Shown here: piece after piece, positions 15,415 to 25,150 of the stretch
How positions within the stretch are numbered: position 1 is the stretch's first letter
Layout of the letters: each line of letters starts with the position of its first letter
Origin: an uncultured bacterium
GTDB taxonomy: Bacteria > Verrucomicrobiota > Kiritimatiellia > RFP12 > UBA1067
Direction of reading: 5' to 3'
DNA: 64,000 bases
Assembly (NCBI GenBank): GCA_902779565.1
Contig: CACZCD010000002.1
Coordinates: forward strand, 1,128-65,127
Position numbers and translations under genes: made by a program
Notes under the pieces: model-generated
Databases searched by the model: none
Seen by the model: only the letters and a program-made list of their open reading frames with translations
Told to the model about the DNA's origin: nothing

Positions 15415-17334
15415 ATGATGAAAGCGCTAAAAGCGGCCGTGGTTGCCGGATTGATCTTGATCGGTAATCTTGCGTCGGCCGCCCCGATCGAGGTCAGCAC
15501 GGTCGCTCAGCTCACAAACGCGCTGGACGTGGCGCAGCGAAACCACTCCACAGACACGATTCTGCTGAAGAAGGGCTTCTACGACGTCAGCGGCTGCGCC
15601 ATGATGCGCGATAACGGAAGTGGCGTTATCGTCGATTCCTGTTCGCATATCGCGGTATGCGACAAATGCGTGCTCAAGGGGGAGACCGACGATCCGCGCG
15701 ATACGGTGATCTACGGCGACAAGTCCAATCGCATCGTTTATTATTACTCTTCATCGGGCAATCGGGCCGTCTTGCAGAATCTTACGATTTCAAACGGATG
15801 CGCAACGTTGTCAAACCCCTATAAAAGCAAAATAGGAGGCGGTATCGTGGGGCGGAATCAAGTCGGCATTGTTTCGAACTGCGTGGTGACCTGCTGTTCG
15901 GCCGAGGGTGATGGTGGCGGAGCCTATAACGTCAATTTTCTGGACAGTACGATAGAGAACTGCTCTGCGGCAACAGACGGCGGAGGGTGTCACACTTCAA
16001 TATGGGGGTTCAGAAACGGCGTCATCCGGAATTGCACCGCCGGAAGCAATGGAGGAGGGGCTTGTTCGGCGACGCTTAAGGATTCGCTTGTCATCGGCAA
16101 TGTTGCTGCCGGGAGGGGGGGCGGTGTAAACTATAACGATTACGAGGGCATCTCCAACTGCGTCATCACCGGGAACTCGGCCTATCGGGGCGGCGGCATC
16201 AACTGGGCAAGGGGCGGACGTTGCGGCCACAACATAATCTCCAACAATGTCGCCGTACAGGGAGGGGGCATTTATCAATCCGTTGCCCACAATTGCAAGA
16301 TTGTTCACAACCTTGCCCGGGGGCGCGAGGGCTATAGCGACACCGTCTTTGGCGGCGGATGTGGCGGTACTTACGACACTTTAAGTGAAGTCTATGACTG
16401 CGAAGTCTCCGGGAACGCCTGCGCACGGGAAAACTCGACTTCCGACCGTTCCGGCGGAGCTGGTGAATATACGGAATTCTACCGTTGCCGGATTTTCAAC
16501 AACTTTTCACATGTCGGTGCCTCGCTTAACCGTGGGCTGGCGGAGGATTGCGTGATCTCAAACAATGTGGCGGGCGGGTTTGTCCATGGCGTGCGCATGA
16601 CTACCTCCCTGAAACGCTGTAAGCTGTACAACGTGTCGATGACCGCTCCAGGCGTCCTCGTCGATTGCATTGTCACCGGGCTTACAAACCACTTTGAGCT
16701 CGCGGAAGGGGAAAACTGCTATACAAATGGAGTATGGGATACCACAGACATGCAATACCTTGTCAACAATAACGGAGGCAGTTTTTTCGCGCTTACGAAT
16801 TGCCTTTTCACACTGAACCGCGGGTGGTATCTCATCATGGGAAACAATGCATATGGGGATGTGAACGTCGTAAACTGCACGTTTGCGGACAATCGCATCG
16901 GCGCGGTCTTGTCTAACTTCAAGGCTGGTGGATGCCGGCTTAATCTCAAGAACTGCATCTCCGTCGGCAATGTGAGGTATGACAACCCGTCCACAAGCTG
17001 CAACATGCGCACGGACAATCTCGATGACACGAATGTGAGCATAGAGAATTGCCTTTTGGGGCCAGGGATCAGAGAGGGGCAGTCGTATGTCAGCACCAAC
17101 AATATCATCTATTCGAGCAATGCGGGCTTTTGCGGTGAGGCAAAAGATCTGGAACATCCCTATTCGCTGCGCTGGGGCTCCCCCGCCCGCAATGCGGGTG
17201 CCGTTGAAGATTGGATGGCGACGGCAAACGACATACGAGGGGTCGGCTATCCGCGCCTTAGGGACGGGAAGGTCGATCTCGGCTGCTATCAATGCTGGCT
17301 TGATCCGCTTGGGTTGGCGATCAGCTTCAGGTAA
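15415..17334 (+). CDS. Secreted right-handed parallel beta-helix protein (Pmp-like repeats)
   Basis: Signal peptide; recurrent GGG and NC[ST/V] turns roughly every 22-25 aa (DGGGAYN, TDGGGCHT, SNGGGACS, RGGGVNYN, RGGGINW, QGGGIYQ). Confidence 0.6.
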   Translation: MMKALKAAVVAGLILIGNLASAAPIEVSTVAQLTNALDVAQRNHSTDTILLKKGFYDVSGCAMMRDNGSGVIVDSCSHIAVCDKCVLKGETDDPRDTVIYGDKSNRIVYYYSSSGNRAVLQNLTISNGCATLSNPYKSKIGGGIVGRNQVGIVSNCVVTCCSAEGDGGGAYNVNFLDSTIENCSAATDGGGCHTSIWGFRNGVIRNCTAGSNGGGACSATLKDSLVIGNVAAGRGGGVNYNDYEGISNCVITGNSAYRGGGINWARGGRCGHNIISNNVAVQGGGIYQSVAHNCKIVHNLARGREGYSDTVFGGGCGGTYDTLSEVYDCEVSGNACARENSTSDRSGGAGEYTEFYRCRIFNNFSHVGASLNRGLAEDCVISNNVAGGFVHGVRMTTSLKRCKLYNVSMTAPGVLVDCIVTGLTNHFELAEGENCYTNGVWDTTDMQYLVNNNGGSFFALTNCLFTLNRGWYLIMGNNAYGDVNVVNCTFADNRIGAVLSNFKAGGCRLNLKNCISVGNVRYDNPSTSCNMRTDNLDDTNVSIENCLLGPGIREGQSYVSTNNIIYSSNAGFCGEAKDLEHPYSLRWGSPARNAGAVEDWMATANDIRGVGYPRLRDGKVDLGCYQCWLDPLGLAISFR

Positions 17335-17378
17335 TCCCTGGCAAAATCGATTAAGCCCAAAGCAGAAGAAGAGGTAAA

Positions 17379-19271
17379 ATGAAGACGGAAACGATTGCGT
17401 TGGTGGTATCGCTGGCGGCGCTGGCCGCTGGGGCGGCGCAGCTCGATCCGCAGGGTGTGGGGCAGAAGAAGTACGTCGCCTTCGGCATGGAATACATCTA
17501 CTTGACTCCGCGGGATTTCGTGGACCATGCCGACCAGTTCATGAAGACGCCGCTTGACGGCGTGGGCGTGGTAATGAACGGCGGCAAGGGCACGCCGCGC
17601 GGATACCAGTGCTTCCGGGGCATCCTGAACGCGCCGCGCTGGACGCGCGAGCAGTTCATGGACTACGTGGCTCCGCTCAGGAAGATGTCCGAATACCCCT
17701 GCTTCAAGGAGAGTTTCCTCTGGAGCTGGTATCCGCCGAAGAAGCGCCTGGCCTGGACCGACGACGAGGCGTGGAACATAGCGTCCAACAACCTGCGCGT
17801 GGTGACGTGGCTTGCGCGCGAGGGGCGGATGCGCGGCATCAGCTTCGACATCGAGGACTATACGAAGCAGAAGCAGTTCTTCCGCGTGCCTTCCGACCCG
17901 CCGTACGACGAGCTCGTGAAGATCGTCCGCCGCCGCGCTCAGGACATCTGCCGCGGGCTTTTCGAGGAATACCCCGACATGACGATGTTCATGTTCTGGC
18001 TCCTCTCCGACGCACCATACAGGCGCGGCGAGCGCGACATTCAGGCCGTCATGCGCGAGCGCGGAGACCTGTGGTGGGCGTTCGTCAACGGGATGCTTGA
18101 CGTAATGCCGCCGACGATAACGGTGGTTGACGGCGAGGAGGACGCCTACAAGTTCGAGGCGTCGCGCCGCGACTACCATGCGGAATACCTGCGCGTCTTC
18201 AACTGGGACCTGCCGCTCGTGGAGCCGGAGGAGAACAGGGCGAAATACCTTACGCAGGTTTCGCCGTCGTTTGGACAGTACCTCGACATGTACATCAACG
18301 GTACCAATACGCACTGGTACGCCGCGCCGGTGGAAGGCTCGCGCCTGAAGCACCTCGAGCGCAACGTGCGCCAGGCCACGAGCTCTTGCGGCAAGTACGT
18401 CTGGTTCTGGAGCGAGAAGGGCCGCTGGACGCAATGGAGCGAAGAGTTGCGCAACGATCTCGAGCGGCTGAACGGCGGTGCCAGAAACCTGTGGGAAGAG
18501 ACGATACCCGGCGGCTTCACGACCACGCTCAAGGCAATAAAGAATCCCGACCTGCATTTCGTGCCGTTGCTGGAGAGGGCCATAGCGGATGGCGAACTGA
18601 AGGATCTGTTGGAAGGCGGAGCTCGGACATACGCGGGAGCAAAATATCAGCGGACGTTCCCCGGGGTGAAGAAGGGCAATCTTTATTTCGTCACGGGATG
18701 GATGCGCTGCGACCAATGCACTTCGACCGTGACATACCGAGGCGAAGGCGGCTTCGGCCTGTTCGGTCCGCTGGACCTGATCATCCCCGGCCGGCCGGAC
18801 GCCGACGGCTGGCGCAAGGTGACGCAGTTCATCAACGTGCCCGAGACCGCGAAGGATATGCACGTGATGTTGCTCGACGAATACCGTGACTTCGCGATGT
18901 ACGATGTCTCAGCGTACGACGGCTGGCGGCAGACCGACCCCGAGGCGCTGAAGCCCCGCGTCGAAGGCGGAAGATTCAAGTGGAGCGGCCCGCCCGCAAA
19001 ATGCTCCGCATCGTTCTATCTCGCCGGTGCGACGGGCTTCGTGACGATTGACGTTCAGACGAATGCCGGGAACAACGTCTGGATCTCCGTGGGCCAAGAT
19101 GCCGGAACGGTGGAGGGTGATGTCAATCGTATCATGCCGAAGGGCGGCAAGTACACGGCCACTTGGACCGCCTCCGAAGCCTTCCCGAAGATGCCTCTTG
19201 GCATTCCGCTGGAGAACCCGCACAACCTGCCGCCATCCAACATCCGTGCAATCATACGTGTCCGCCCATGA
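17379..19271 (+). CDS. Secreted hypothetical protein, possibly glycoside-hydrolase-like
   Basis: Signal peptide; 630 aa; ATGA overlap with the downstream glycoside hydrolase. No motif I can name. Confidence 0.45.
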   Translation: MKTETIALVVSLAALAAGAAQLDPQGVGQKKYVAFGMEYIYLTPRDFVDHADQFMKTPLDGVGVVMNGGKGTPRGYQCFRGILNAPRWTREQFMDYVAPLRKMSEYPCFKESFLWSWYPPKKRLAWTDDEAWNIASNNLRVVTWLAREGRMRGISFDIEDYTKQKQFFRVPSDPPYDELVKIVRRRAQDICRGLFEEYPDMTMFMFWLLSDAPYRRGERDIQAVMRERGDLWWAFVNGMLDVMPPTITVVDGEEDAYKFEASRRDYHAEYLRVFNWDLPLVEPEENRAKYLTQVSPSFGQYLDMYINGTNTHWYAAPVEGSRLKHLERNVRQATSSCGKYVWFWSEKGRWTQWSEELRNDLERLNGGARNLWEETIPGGFTTTLKAIKNPDLHFVPLLERAIADGELKDLLEGGARTYAGAKYQRTFPGVKKGNLYFVTGWMRCDQCTSTVTYRGEGGFGLFGPLDLIIPGRPDADGWRKVTQFINVPETAKDMHVMLLDEYRDFAMYDVSAYDGWRQTDPEALKPRVEGGRFKWSGPPAKCSASFYLAGATGFVTIDVQTNAGNNVWISVGQDAGTVEGDVNRIMPKGGKYTATWTASEAFPKMPLGIPLENPHNLPPSNIRAIIRVRP

Positions 19272-21709
19272 ATAAGTCATTACTTGCCGTTTCGCTCTGT
19301 GCTGCTTTGTTGGTGCCGTTTGCCGCCGAGAGCGGTTTTGATCAGGAGAAGTTCAGGAATCCCGACAGCATGTTCTCGCCCGGATACTTCTGGATGTGGA
19401 ACACGAAGCTTGATGTCTCGCAGCTAAAGTCGCAGCTTGACGACATGGTGGCGCATGGTGTCCGAAGCGTGTGCGTGCATCCTTTCCCGGTCGATTTCCG
19501 CCCCGGGCATTTTCAGAGCGGTATGTCGCCGGATTACCTTTCGCCGGACTATATGGAAGTCTTCTCGCAGGTGGTCGACCACATGGAGAAGCTGGGCATG
19601 AGCACCTGGCTTTACGACGAGGGCGGGTGGCCTTCCGGCGGTGTTTGTGGGCAGATCGCCAAGGAGGATGCGGTCGCCGGACGCTTCCGGCAGCGCTTCT
19701 ACGGGCCAGGACCTGATGGTCAGGAAGGCGCGAATCGCGTCTGGGCGCGCGAATACGATGAGGGAAGGGGCAATTATCCGTCGATGATTGAGCCGGGCGC
19801 CACGGAACGTTTCATAGAGAAGACGCATGAAGCGTATCGCAAGGCCGTCGGGCGGCATTTCGGCAAGACGATCAAATTCGCCTTCACGGACGAACCCGGC
19901 ATGCCGTGCGACTACCACGGGGCGAACATGGGCTGGTGCAGCGATTTTGCCGAGGCGTTCTGGGCGCGCAAAGGCTATGACTTCATGCCGCATGCCGATG
20001 CGGTGCTTGCGAACAAGCATGTGTTCGATGCGGACACCGTGAAATACAGGCTCGACTATCTCGACGTCAAGGCGCAGCTTTTCTCCGAGCGCTTTCTGGG
20101 TGCCGTTCAGGACTGGTGCCGCCGCAACGGATTGCGTTCAAGCGGACACATGGACGGCGAGGACATCCCCGAAGCCGCCACGCGCTACGGCTACGGAAGC
20201 CTTTTAGACTGCTACCGCGCGATGGATGTGCCGGGCGTGGATGTGATCTGGAGGCAGCTCTATCCCACCACGCTGGACAATCCCGGAGCCCAGCCGCCGT
20301 TTCCGCGCTACGCATCTTCGGTCGGACACCAGAAGGGCGAGCGTCTGGCGCTTTCCGAATCGTTTGGCATCTATGGCGACAGCTTCCCTCCGGCCATGAT
20401 GAAGTGGCTGATGGACTATCAGATGGTGCGGGGGATCAACCTTTTCGTGTTCGGCTACTACGCCGTCTCCAATGCGGGGCAGTGGATGGATCTCTTCGAG
20501 CCGCATTCGGGTCCGGTGACGCCGGGCTGGGATTTCCAGCGTCCTTACTTCGACTATATCGCACGCACGGCCTCCATTCTGGCCGAGGGCGAACCGACGG
20601 CCGAAATCGCGGTCTATTTCGACAATCGCGCATTTTGGGCTGGCGGCATCGAAACGGAGATTGCCGCGCGTCTTCACTATGCGGCTGCGACCGCGCTCGA
20701 CCGGGCCAACTGCGAATACGAGTTTGTCGACGACCGTGCCTTGGCGGACGCGGAAGTCGTCGGTGATCGGCTACGGGTCGGCAGGATGGCGTATTCGACT
20801 TTCGTGTTGCCGTCATCCCGATGGATGAGCGAGAAGGCCCAGGGCCGGCTCGATGCATTCCGCAAGGCGGGAGGCAAAGTGATATCAGTGGAGGAGATCG
20901 CCCAGGCGCGGCCGGCCTGTCGCATCAGGGGACGGCTTTCGGACAGGATTCGCGTGGCCAGACGCGTGAAAGGGAACGAGACGCTTTACTTCCTCGTGAA
21001 CGAGTCGCCGCACCTCCTGCCGCCGCTCGAAATGGAACTGGGCGGCGCGGAAGGCGTCGTGCGGGCCGATCCGGCCACTGGACGCTTTATTGTGGTCGAT
21101 GCGCAAAAGGGAAACCGCTTCAGCTGGACGTTCCCGCCGTACGGGAGTGCGATCTTCATCACGGGCGCAAAGGCCGATACGGCGGCGGAGCCGTACTTTG
21201 ACTATTACATCGATCTGAAGGATGTCCGCTGCATAGCGGATGGCTGGACGATGAAGCCGCTTGCGCGTCACCGGGCCGGCAAGAGCGACTTCGAGATTGC
21301 GCTCGTGGCGGATGCGCGCGAACTACCCACCGACCTTTCGGACTGGCGACGCACGCTTGGAGGCGATTTCAGCGGCAAGGTGCTGTACCGCGTTGAATTT
21401 GACTGCACCGAGGCGGCGGAACGCTGGCTTGATCTTGGCGAGGTGAAATGGTGCTGCGAGGCCCGTCTCAACGGTCAGCCGCTGGGAGCGCGTTTTTTCG
21501 GCCCCTACCGTTGGCGCGTGAAGACGGCCAGGGGGCGGAACGTGCTGGAGGTGACAGTCGCCAACATGCTGTGCAATGCGCTTGGCGACGATGTGCGCGA
21601 CCGCATTACGCGTGACTTCCCGCCGCGTTCCGGCTACGACATCCGTCAGCGCACGTTCGATCGGGAAAACAACGAGAGTGGACTCTTCGGGCCGGTGACG
21701 CTGCGTTGA
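19268..21709 (+). CDS. Secreted glycoside hydrolase with a C-terminal GH2-type sugar-binding (galactose-binding-like) domain
   Basis: Signal peptide MNKSLLAVSLCAALLVPFAA; TIM-barrel-like N-terminal region; C-terminal KWCCEARLNGQPLGARFFGPYRW typical of GH2 sugar-binding domains. Confidence 0.5.
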   Translation: MNKSLLAVSLCAALLVPFAAESGFDQEKFRNPDSMFSPGYFWMWNTKLDVSQLKSQLDDMVAHGVRSVCVHPFPVDFRPGHFQSGMSPDYLSPDYMEVFSQVVDHMEKLGMSTWLYDEGGWPSGGVCGQIAKEDAVAGRFRQRFYGPGPDGQEGANRVWAREYDEGRGNYPSMIEPGATERFIEKTHEAYRKAVGRHFGKTIKFAFTDEPGMPCDYHGANMGWCSDFAEAFWARKGYDFMPHADAVLANKHVFDADTVKYRLDYLDVKAQLFSERFLGAVQDWCRRNGLRSSGHMDGEDIPEAATRYGYGSLLDCYRAMDVPGVDVIWRQLYPTTLDNPGAQPPFPRYASSVGHQKGERLALSESFGIYGDSFPPAMMKWLMDYQMVRGINLFVFGYYAVSNAGQWMDLFEPHSGPVTPGWDFQRPYFDYIARTASILAEGEPTAEIAVYFDNRAFWAGGIETEIAARLHYAAATALDRANCEYEFVDDRALADAEVVGDRLRVGRMAYSTFVLPSSRWMSEKAQGRLDAFRKAGGKVISVEEIAQARPACRIRGRLSDRIRVARRVKGNETLYFLVNESPHLLPPLEMELGGAEGVVRADPATGRFIVVDAQKGNRFSWTFPPYGSAIFITGAKADTAAEPYFDYYIDLKDVRCIADGWTMKPLARHRAGKSDFEIALVADARELPTDLSDWRRTLGGDFSGKVLYRVEFDCTEAAERWLDLGEVKWCCEARLNGQPLGARFFGPYRWRVKTARGRNVLEVTVANMLCNALGDDVRDRITRDFPPRSGYDIRQRTFDRENNESGLFGPVTLR

Positions 21710-21759
21710 TGGGATGGTTTCAGTGTGATGGATGATAATGATAGGAGCGTCGGCAATTT

Positions 21760-21817
21760 GGTAGGGCGCGTTGTCCTCAACGCGCCGGGCGGCGGCTTGG
21801 GGACAAGCCGCCCTACC
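21760..21817 (+). ncRNA. Candidate structured RNA/regulatory element: two perfect hairpins closed by a 9-bp stem
   Basis: ggtagggcg[gcgcgttg-tcct-caacgcgc][c-gggcggcggcttg-ggga-caagccgcc]ctacc (direct read of nested inverted repeats). Confidence 0.35.
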
Positions 21818-21893
21818 ATGTTGGATGCATCTGTTCTACAATGTGAATCGACTGCAAAAATTGCGGACAATTGAGATTCTGGATGGTGAAGTT

Positions 21894-22793
21894 ATGGACA
21901 AGATGGGCAAGGTAGGCGGTTTCGGAGTGGCATGCATCTTTGCGATGGCATTGTCGGCGAGGGCATCCGGCACGAACGATTTTGTCAAGGCTGACATTTC
22001 CTTTGATTTCGTATCCCGGGAGATGTTCTACGGCTTGGGCATCAACCGCGAACCTGTCGTCATTCCCGACTGGTCGCTTACCTTCTTCGATCTTGTCTCG
22101 TGCGGATTCATGGCCTATATCGACACCACCGACTGGGGGGCGCGCAAGCATCGTGGTTCGCCGGGCTATGGCGACCGCGCCTGGCAGTATCAGGAGTTGG
22201 ATCCGTATGTCCGCATAATGCATACGTTCGGTCCAGAGGATTCCGAATTCCTGCCGACGGCAATTCGGCTGGGTGTCGGCTTCCAGTATGAATACCATCC
22301 GCGCTTTGCCAAATGCAAGTCTGGCGGCGTGAACGGCAATCCCGATACGCAGCTGGTCTATTTCTATTCCTCTCTGCCGGATCTGTGGTTGGAACCGTCG
22401 TTTGTGGCGGAATTCGATGTTGAGCGGGATCATGGCGTCTATCTCAACCTTGACATTGGTCATGCGTTCCCGCTAATCGATGCCGCAGAAGGTAACGAAG
22501 ATGATGATCCGGTGCTGGCGTTGCGGATCGATCTGTCTCAAGGGTGGGGAGATGGAGATCGCGTAGAACCCTACCTCGGCATAAACGAATGCGGCTTCAT
22601 GGACACCACCTTGTGCGTCTCGCTTGAATGGCGACCGACCGACTTCCTGACGATCGCGCCGTATGCGGCCTATTGCGAATACATCTTCGACCGCCATCTG
22701 CGCGATGCCGCCCGTGATTTCACATACAGGGGCGAACATGCCACCGAAAGCTGGCATTTCTATGGTGGCATCCGCATGACGGCAAGTTTCTGA
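21894..22793 (+). CDS. Putative outer-membrane beta-barrel protein
   Basis: Signal peptide (VGGFGVACIFAMALSARASG); alternating aromatic/hydrophilic pattern; C-terminal F (RMTASF). Confidence 0.4.
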   Translation: MDKMGKVGGFGVACIFAMALSARASGTNDFVKADISFDFVSREMFYGLGINREPVVIPDWSLTFFDLVSCGFMAYIDTTDWGARKHRGSPGYGDRAWQYQELDPYVRIMHTFGPEDSEFLPTAIRLGVGFQYEYHPRFAKCKSGGVNGNPDTQLVYFYSSLPDLWLEPSFVAEFDVERDHGVYLNLDIGHAFPLIDAAEGNEDDDPVLALRIDLSQGWGDGDRVEPYLGINECGFMDTTLCVSLEWRPTDFLTIAPYAAYCEYIFDRHLRDAARDFTYRGEHATESWHFYGGIRMTASF

Positions 22794-22896
22794 TCGCAGC
22801 TGCGACATGCTGATATGTTACTGCGGTCGTTGTGCTTTTTGGTTTTCTTTTGCAATCCCTTTCCGACATTGTGGTATAATAAGCCGCAACAGAACC

Positions 22897-23586
22897 ATGC
22901 GAGATTTCAACGAGAAGACGAACGAGAGGCGCGCGACGGACAAGACTTCCGGCGTGGGCGGTCGGTTCATTACGTTCGAGGGCGGGGAGGGATGTGGCAA
23001 GAGCACCCAGATCCGCCTGTTGGCGGAGCGTCTGCGCGCACAGGGCCTTCAGGTGCTTCTCACGCGCGAGCCGGGTGGCACCGCGCTCGCCGAGCGGATC
23101 CGCGCACTGGTGCGGGAGATTGGCGAGGATCCGCCGAACGCGCGCGCCGAGACGCTTCTTTTTCTGGCGAGCCGCGCGCAGCTGGTTGAAAACGTCGTGC
23201 GTCCGGCGCTCGCCGCCGGTACATGGGTGCTGTGCGACCGGTTCGCGGATTCCACGTTCGCCTATCAGGGCTACGGGCGCGGACTCAACCTGACGGAACT
23301 GAAGGCGCTCAATGCGTTCGCCACCGACGGGCTGGTGCCGGACCGGACGATCCTGCTGGATGTGCCGCCTGAAACGGCGGCCGCACGGCTCCGCGCGCGG
23401 GAGCAGACGACACAGACGGCGGCGGATCGCATGGAGCGGGCGGGCGACGATTTCCACGCCCGTCTCAAGGCGGGATTCCTTGAGCTGGCCGTTGCCGAGC
23501 CGGAGCGGTTCGCGGTGATTGCCGCGGAGGGTTCCGTGGAGAGTGTTGCGGAGAAGGTATGGAACTCGATTCGGCACATGCTCTGA
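22897..23586 (+). CDS. tmk: Thymidylate kinase
   Basis: P-loop FITFEGGEGCGKST, DRF motif region (VLCDRFADS); tggtataat -10 at 22872-22880. Confidence 0.9.
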   Translation: MRDFNEKTNERRATDKTSGVGGRFITFEGGEGCGKSTQIRLLAERLRAQGLQVLLTREPGGTALAERIRALVREIGEDPPNARAETLLFLASRAQLVENVVRPALAAGTWVLCDRFADSTFAYQGYGRGLNLTELKALNAFATDGLVPDRTILLDVPPETAAARLRAREQTTQTAADRMERAGDDFHARLKAGFLELAVAEPERFAVIAAEGSVESVAEKVWNSIRHML

Positions 23587-24455
23587 TCGCCAAGGCGATT
23601 CAGGAGGGGCGCCCCGCGCACGGCTATCTCGTGGTGGGCGGCGTGCGTGGCATGGCGCTCGATCTGGCGCGCGCGGTGTTGCAGGATCTTTTCCCCGGCG
23701 TAGAAGAGGAGGGGCTTCGGACGCATCCCGACATCCACTGGCTCTTTCCGGAAAAGAAGTCGCGCATCGTGTCGGTGGAGGCGGTGCATGAGAAATTCAT
23801 CGATCCGATGTCCCAGACATCCTTCTCCGGAGGCTGGCGCGTGGGTGTGCTCGTGGGGGCGGACCGCCTGAACCCTGCCGGTGCCAATGCGTTCCTGAAG
23901 ACGCTTGAAGAACCCCCGGCTCGGACGCTGTTTCTTCTGCTCACCGATGCGCCGGAACAGTTGCTGCCGACGATCATTTCGCGCTGCCAACGCATCGATC
24001 TCCCGGATTCGCGCGAACACCAGCTGGCCGATCCGTGGCGCACGAACGTTCTGGGCGTGCTGTCCAATCCCGATCTCGCGGATACGACCGCGGCCGGGTT
24101 CCTGCAGCGGGCGGCGGCGGCGGACCGTCTGACCGCCGTGCTCGAGTCGCTGAGGAAGTTGGCGGAGAAGGAAGTTTCGGCGGAGCTTACGGCTTCGGAA
24201 CAGGAGGGTGCGGAGCTTTCCGAGAAGGAGGAGGAAGCGCTCGTTTCCTCCAAGTACCGCGAGTACCGGCGCGACTTTCTCTTCACCGTGATGGATTTCT
24301 TCGCGCGCCGGATGCGTGCCGCTCCCGGCACCAACGCCTACCGCAACATCGAGGCGGTGGAGGAGATGGCGCGTTCGTTCGACCGCAACATGAACGAGGC
24401 GGCGGTGCTCTCGTTCTTCATGGACCGCGTGCGCTTTGAGGGAGGGAAACGATGA
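23559..24455 (+). CDS. holB: DNA polymerase III delta-prime subunit
   Basis: AAA+-like HAYLVVGG...GANAFLKTLEEPP...ISRCQ motifs; follows tmk as in many bacteria. Confidence 0.8.
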   Translation: MELDSAHALIAKAIQEGRPAHGYLVVGGVRGMALDLARAVLQDLFPGVEEEGLRTHPDIHWLFPEKKSRIVSVEAVHEKFIDPMSQTSFSGGWRVGVLVGADRLNPAGANAFLKTLEEPPARTLFLLLTDAPEQLLPTIISRCQRIDLPDSREHQLADPWRTNVLGVLSNPDLADTTAAGFLQRAAAADRLTAVLESLRKLAEKEVSAELTASEQEGAELSEKEEEALVSSKYREYRRDFLFTVMDFFARRMRAAPGTNAYRNIEAVEEMARSFDRNMNEAAVLSFFMDRVRFEGGKR

Positions 24456-25150
24456 GCGTTCCGGCGATGCTTGTCTCGAAGGTGCTGATGCCGGAGCGCG
24501 GCGTGTTTCTGGTGCGGGTGGATGACGAATTGACGTTCACCGGCGCAGTGAAAGAGGGCTCCAAAGGTCGCTTTATCGTATCGCTTGATTATGGCGAGGA
24601 TGTTGGATCGGTTATTGCGACGGAACGGTACGATTCCGCTGTGCACGGCTCACGCATCCCCGGTTTCCGGCTGGTGCGTCTATTTGCGCCGCAGGATGAA
24701 CGGACGCTTACCGAGAACGACACGCTTGCCGCCGCGATGTGCAGCACGTTCCGGACCGCCGTCAAGGAGGCGGTGCCGGATCTGCGCATCCCGCGCGCGC
24801 GGCTTTCGTTTGGACGGCAGAAGCTGTTCATCCGCTATGTCACCGAGACGGCGCGTCCGGACTTCTCCGCTGCGCAGGCGCTTCTGAAACAGCAGTTTGG
24901 CGTGGAGGTGAGTCTTTGGGCGATGGGGCCGCGTGATGAGGTCGCGGAGCTTGGAGGGCTTGGCCCCTGTGGCCGCGTCTGTTGTTGCTGCAGCTGGCAG
25001 AGGCGCTTCCCCTCGCACATTTCACCGGACCGACGTGAGGCGTTGCCGGCCCTCATGAACGGAACGTGCGGAAGGTTCAAGTGCTGTCTGGCGTTCGAGC
25101 GAGCGTCCCAGGAGCCGGAGGCGGAGCCATGCCCCTGCAAGGCGAACTGA
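24452..25150 (+). CDS. ricT: PSP1 C-terminal domain protein (RicT/YaaT-like)
   Basis: PSP1-like region with C-terminal Cys cluster (CGRVCCCCSWQ...CGRFKCCLAFE); tmk-holB-yaaT synteny. Confidence 0.7.
   Translation: MSVPAMLVSKVLMPERGVFLVRVDDELTFTGAVKEGSKGRFIVSLDYGEDVGSVIATERYDSAVHGSRIPGFRLVRLFAPQDERTLTENDTLAAAMCSTFRTAVKEAVPDLRIPRARLSFGRQKLFIRYVTETARPDFSAAQALLKQQFGVEVSLWAMGPRDEVAELGGLGPCGRVCCCCSWQRRFPSHISPDRREALPALMNGTCGRFKCCLAFERASQEPEAEPCPCKAN

Noticed and set aside
17289-18863. 524-aa minus-strand ORF
   Set aside because: Antisense to the 17379-19271 secreted protein. The + frame has a signal peptide and translational coupling to the downstream gene.
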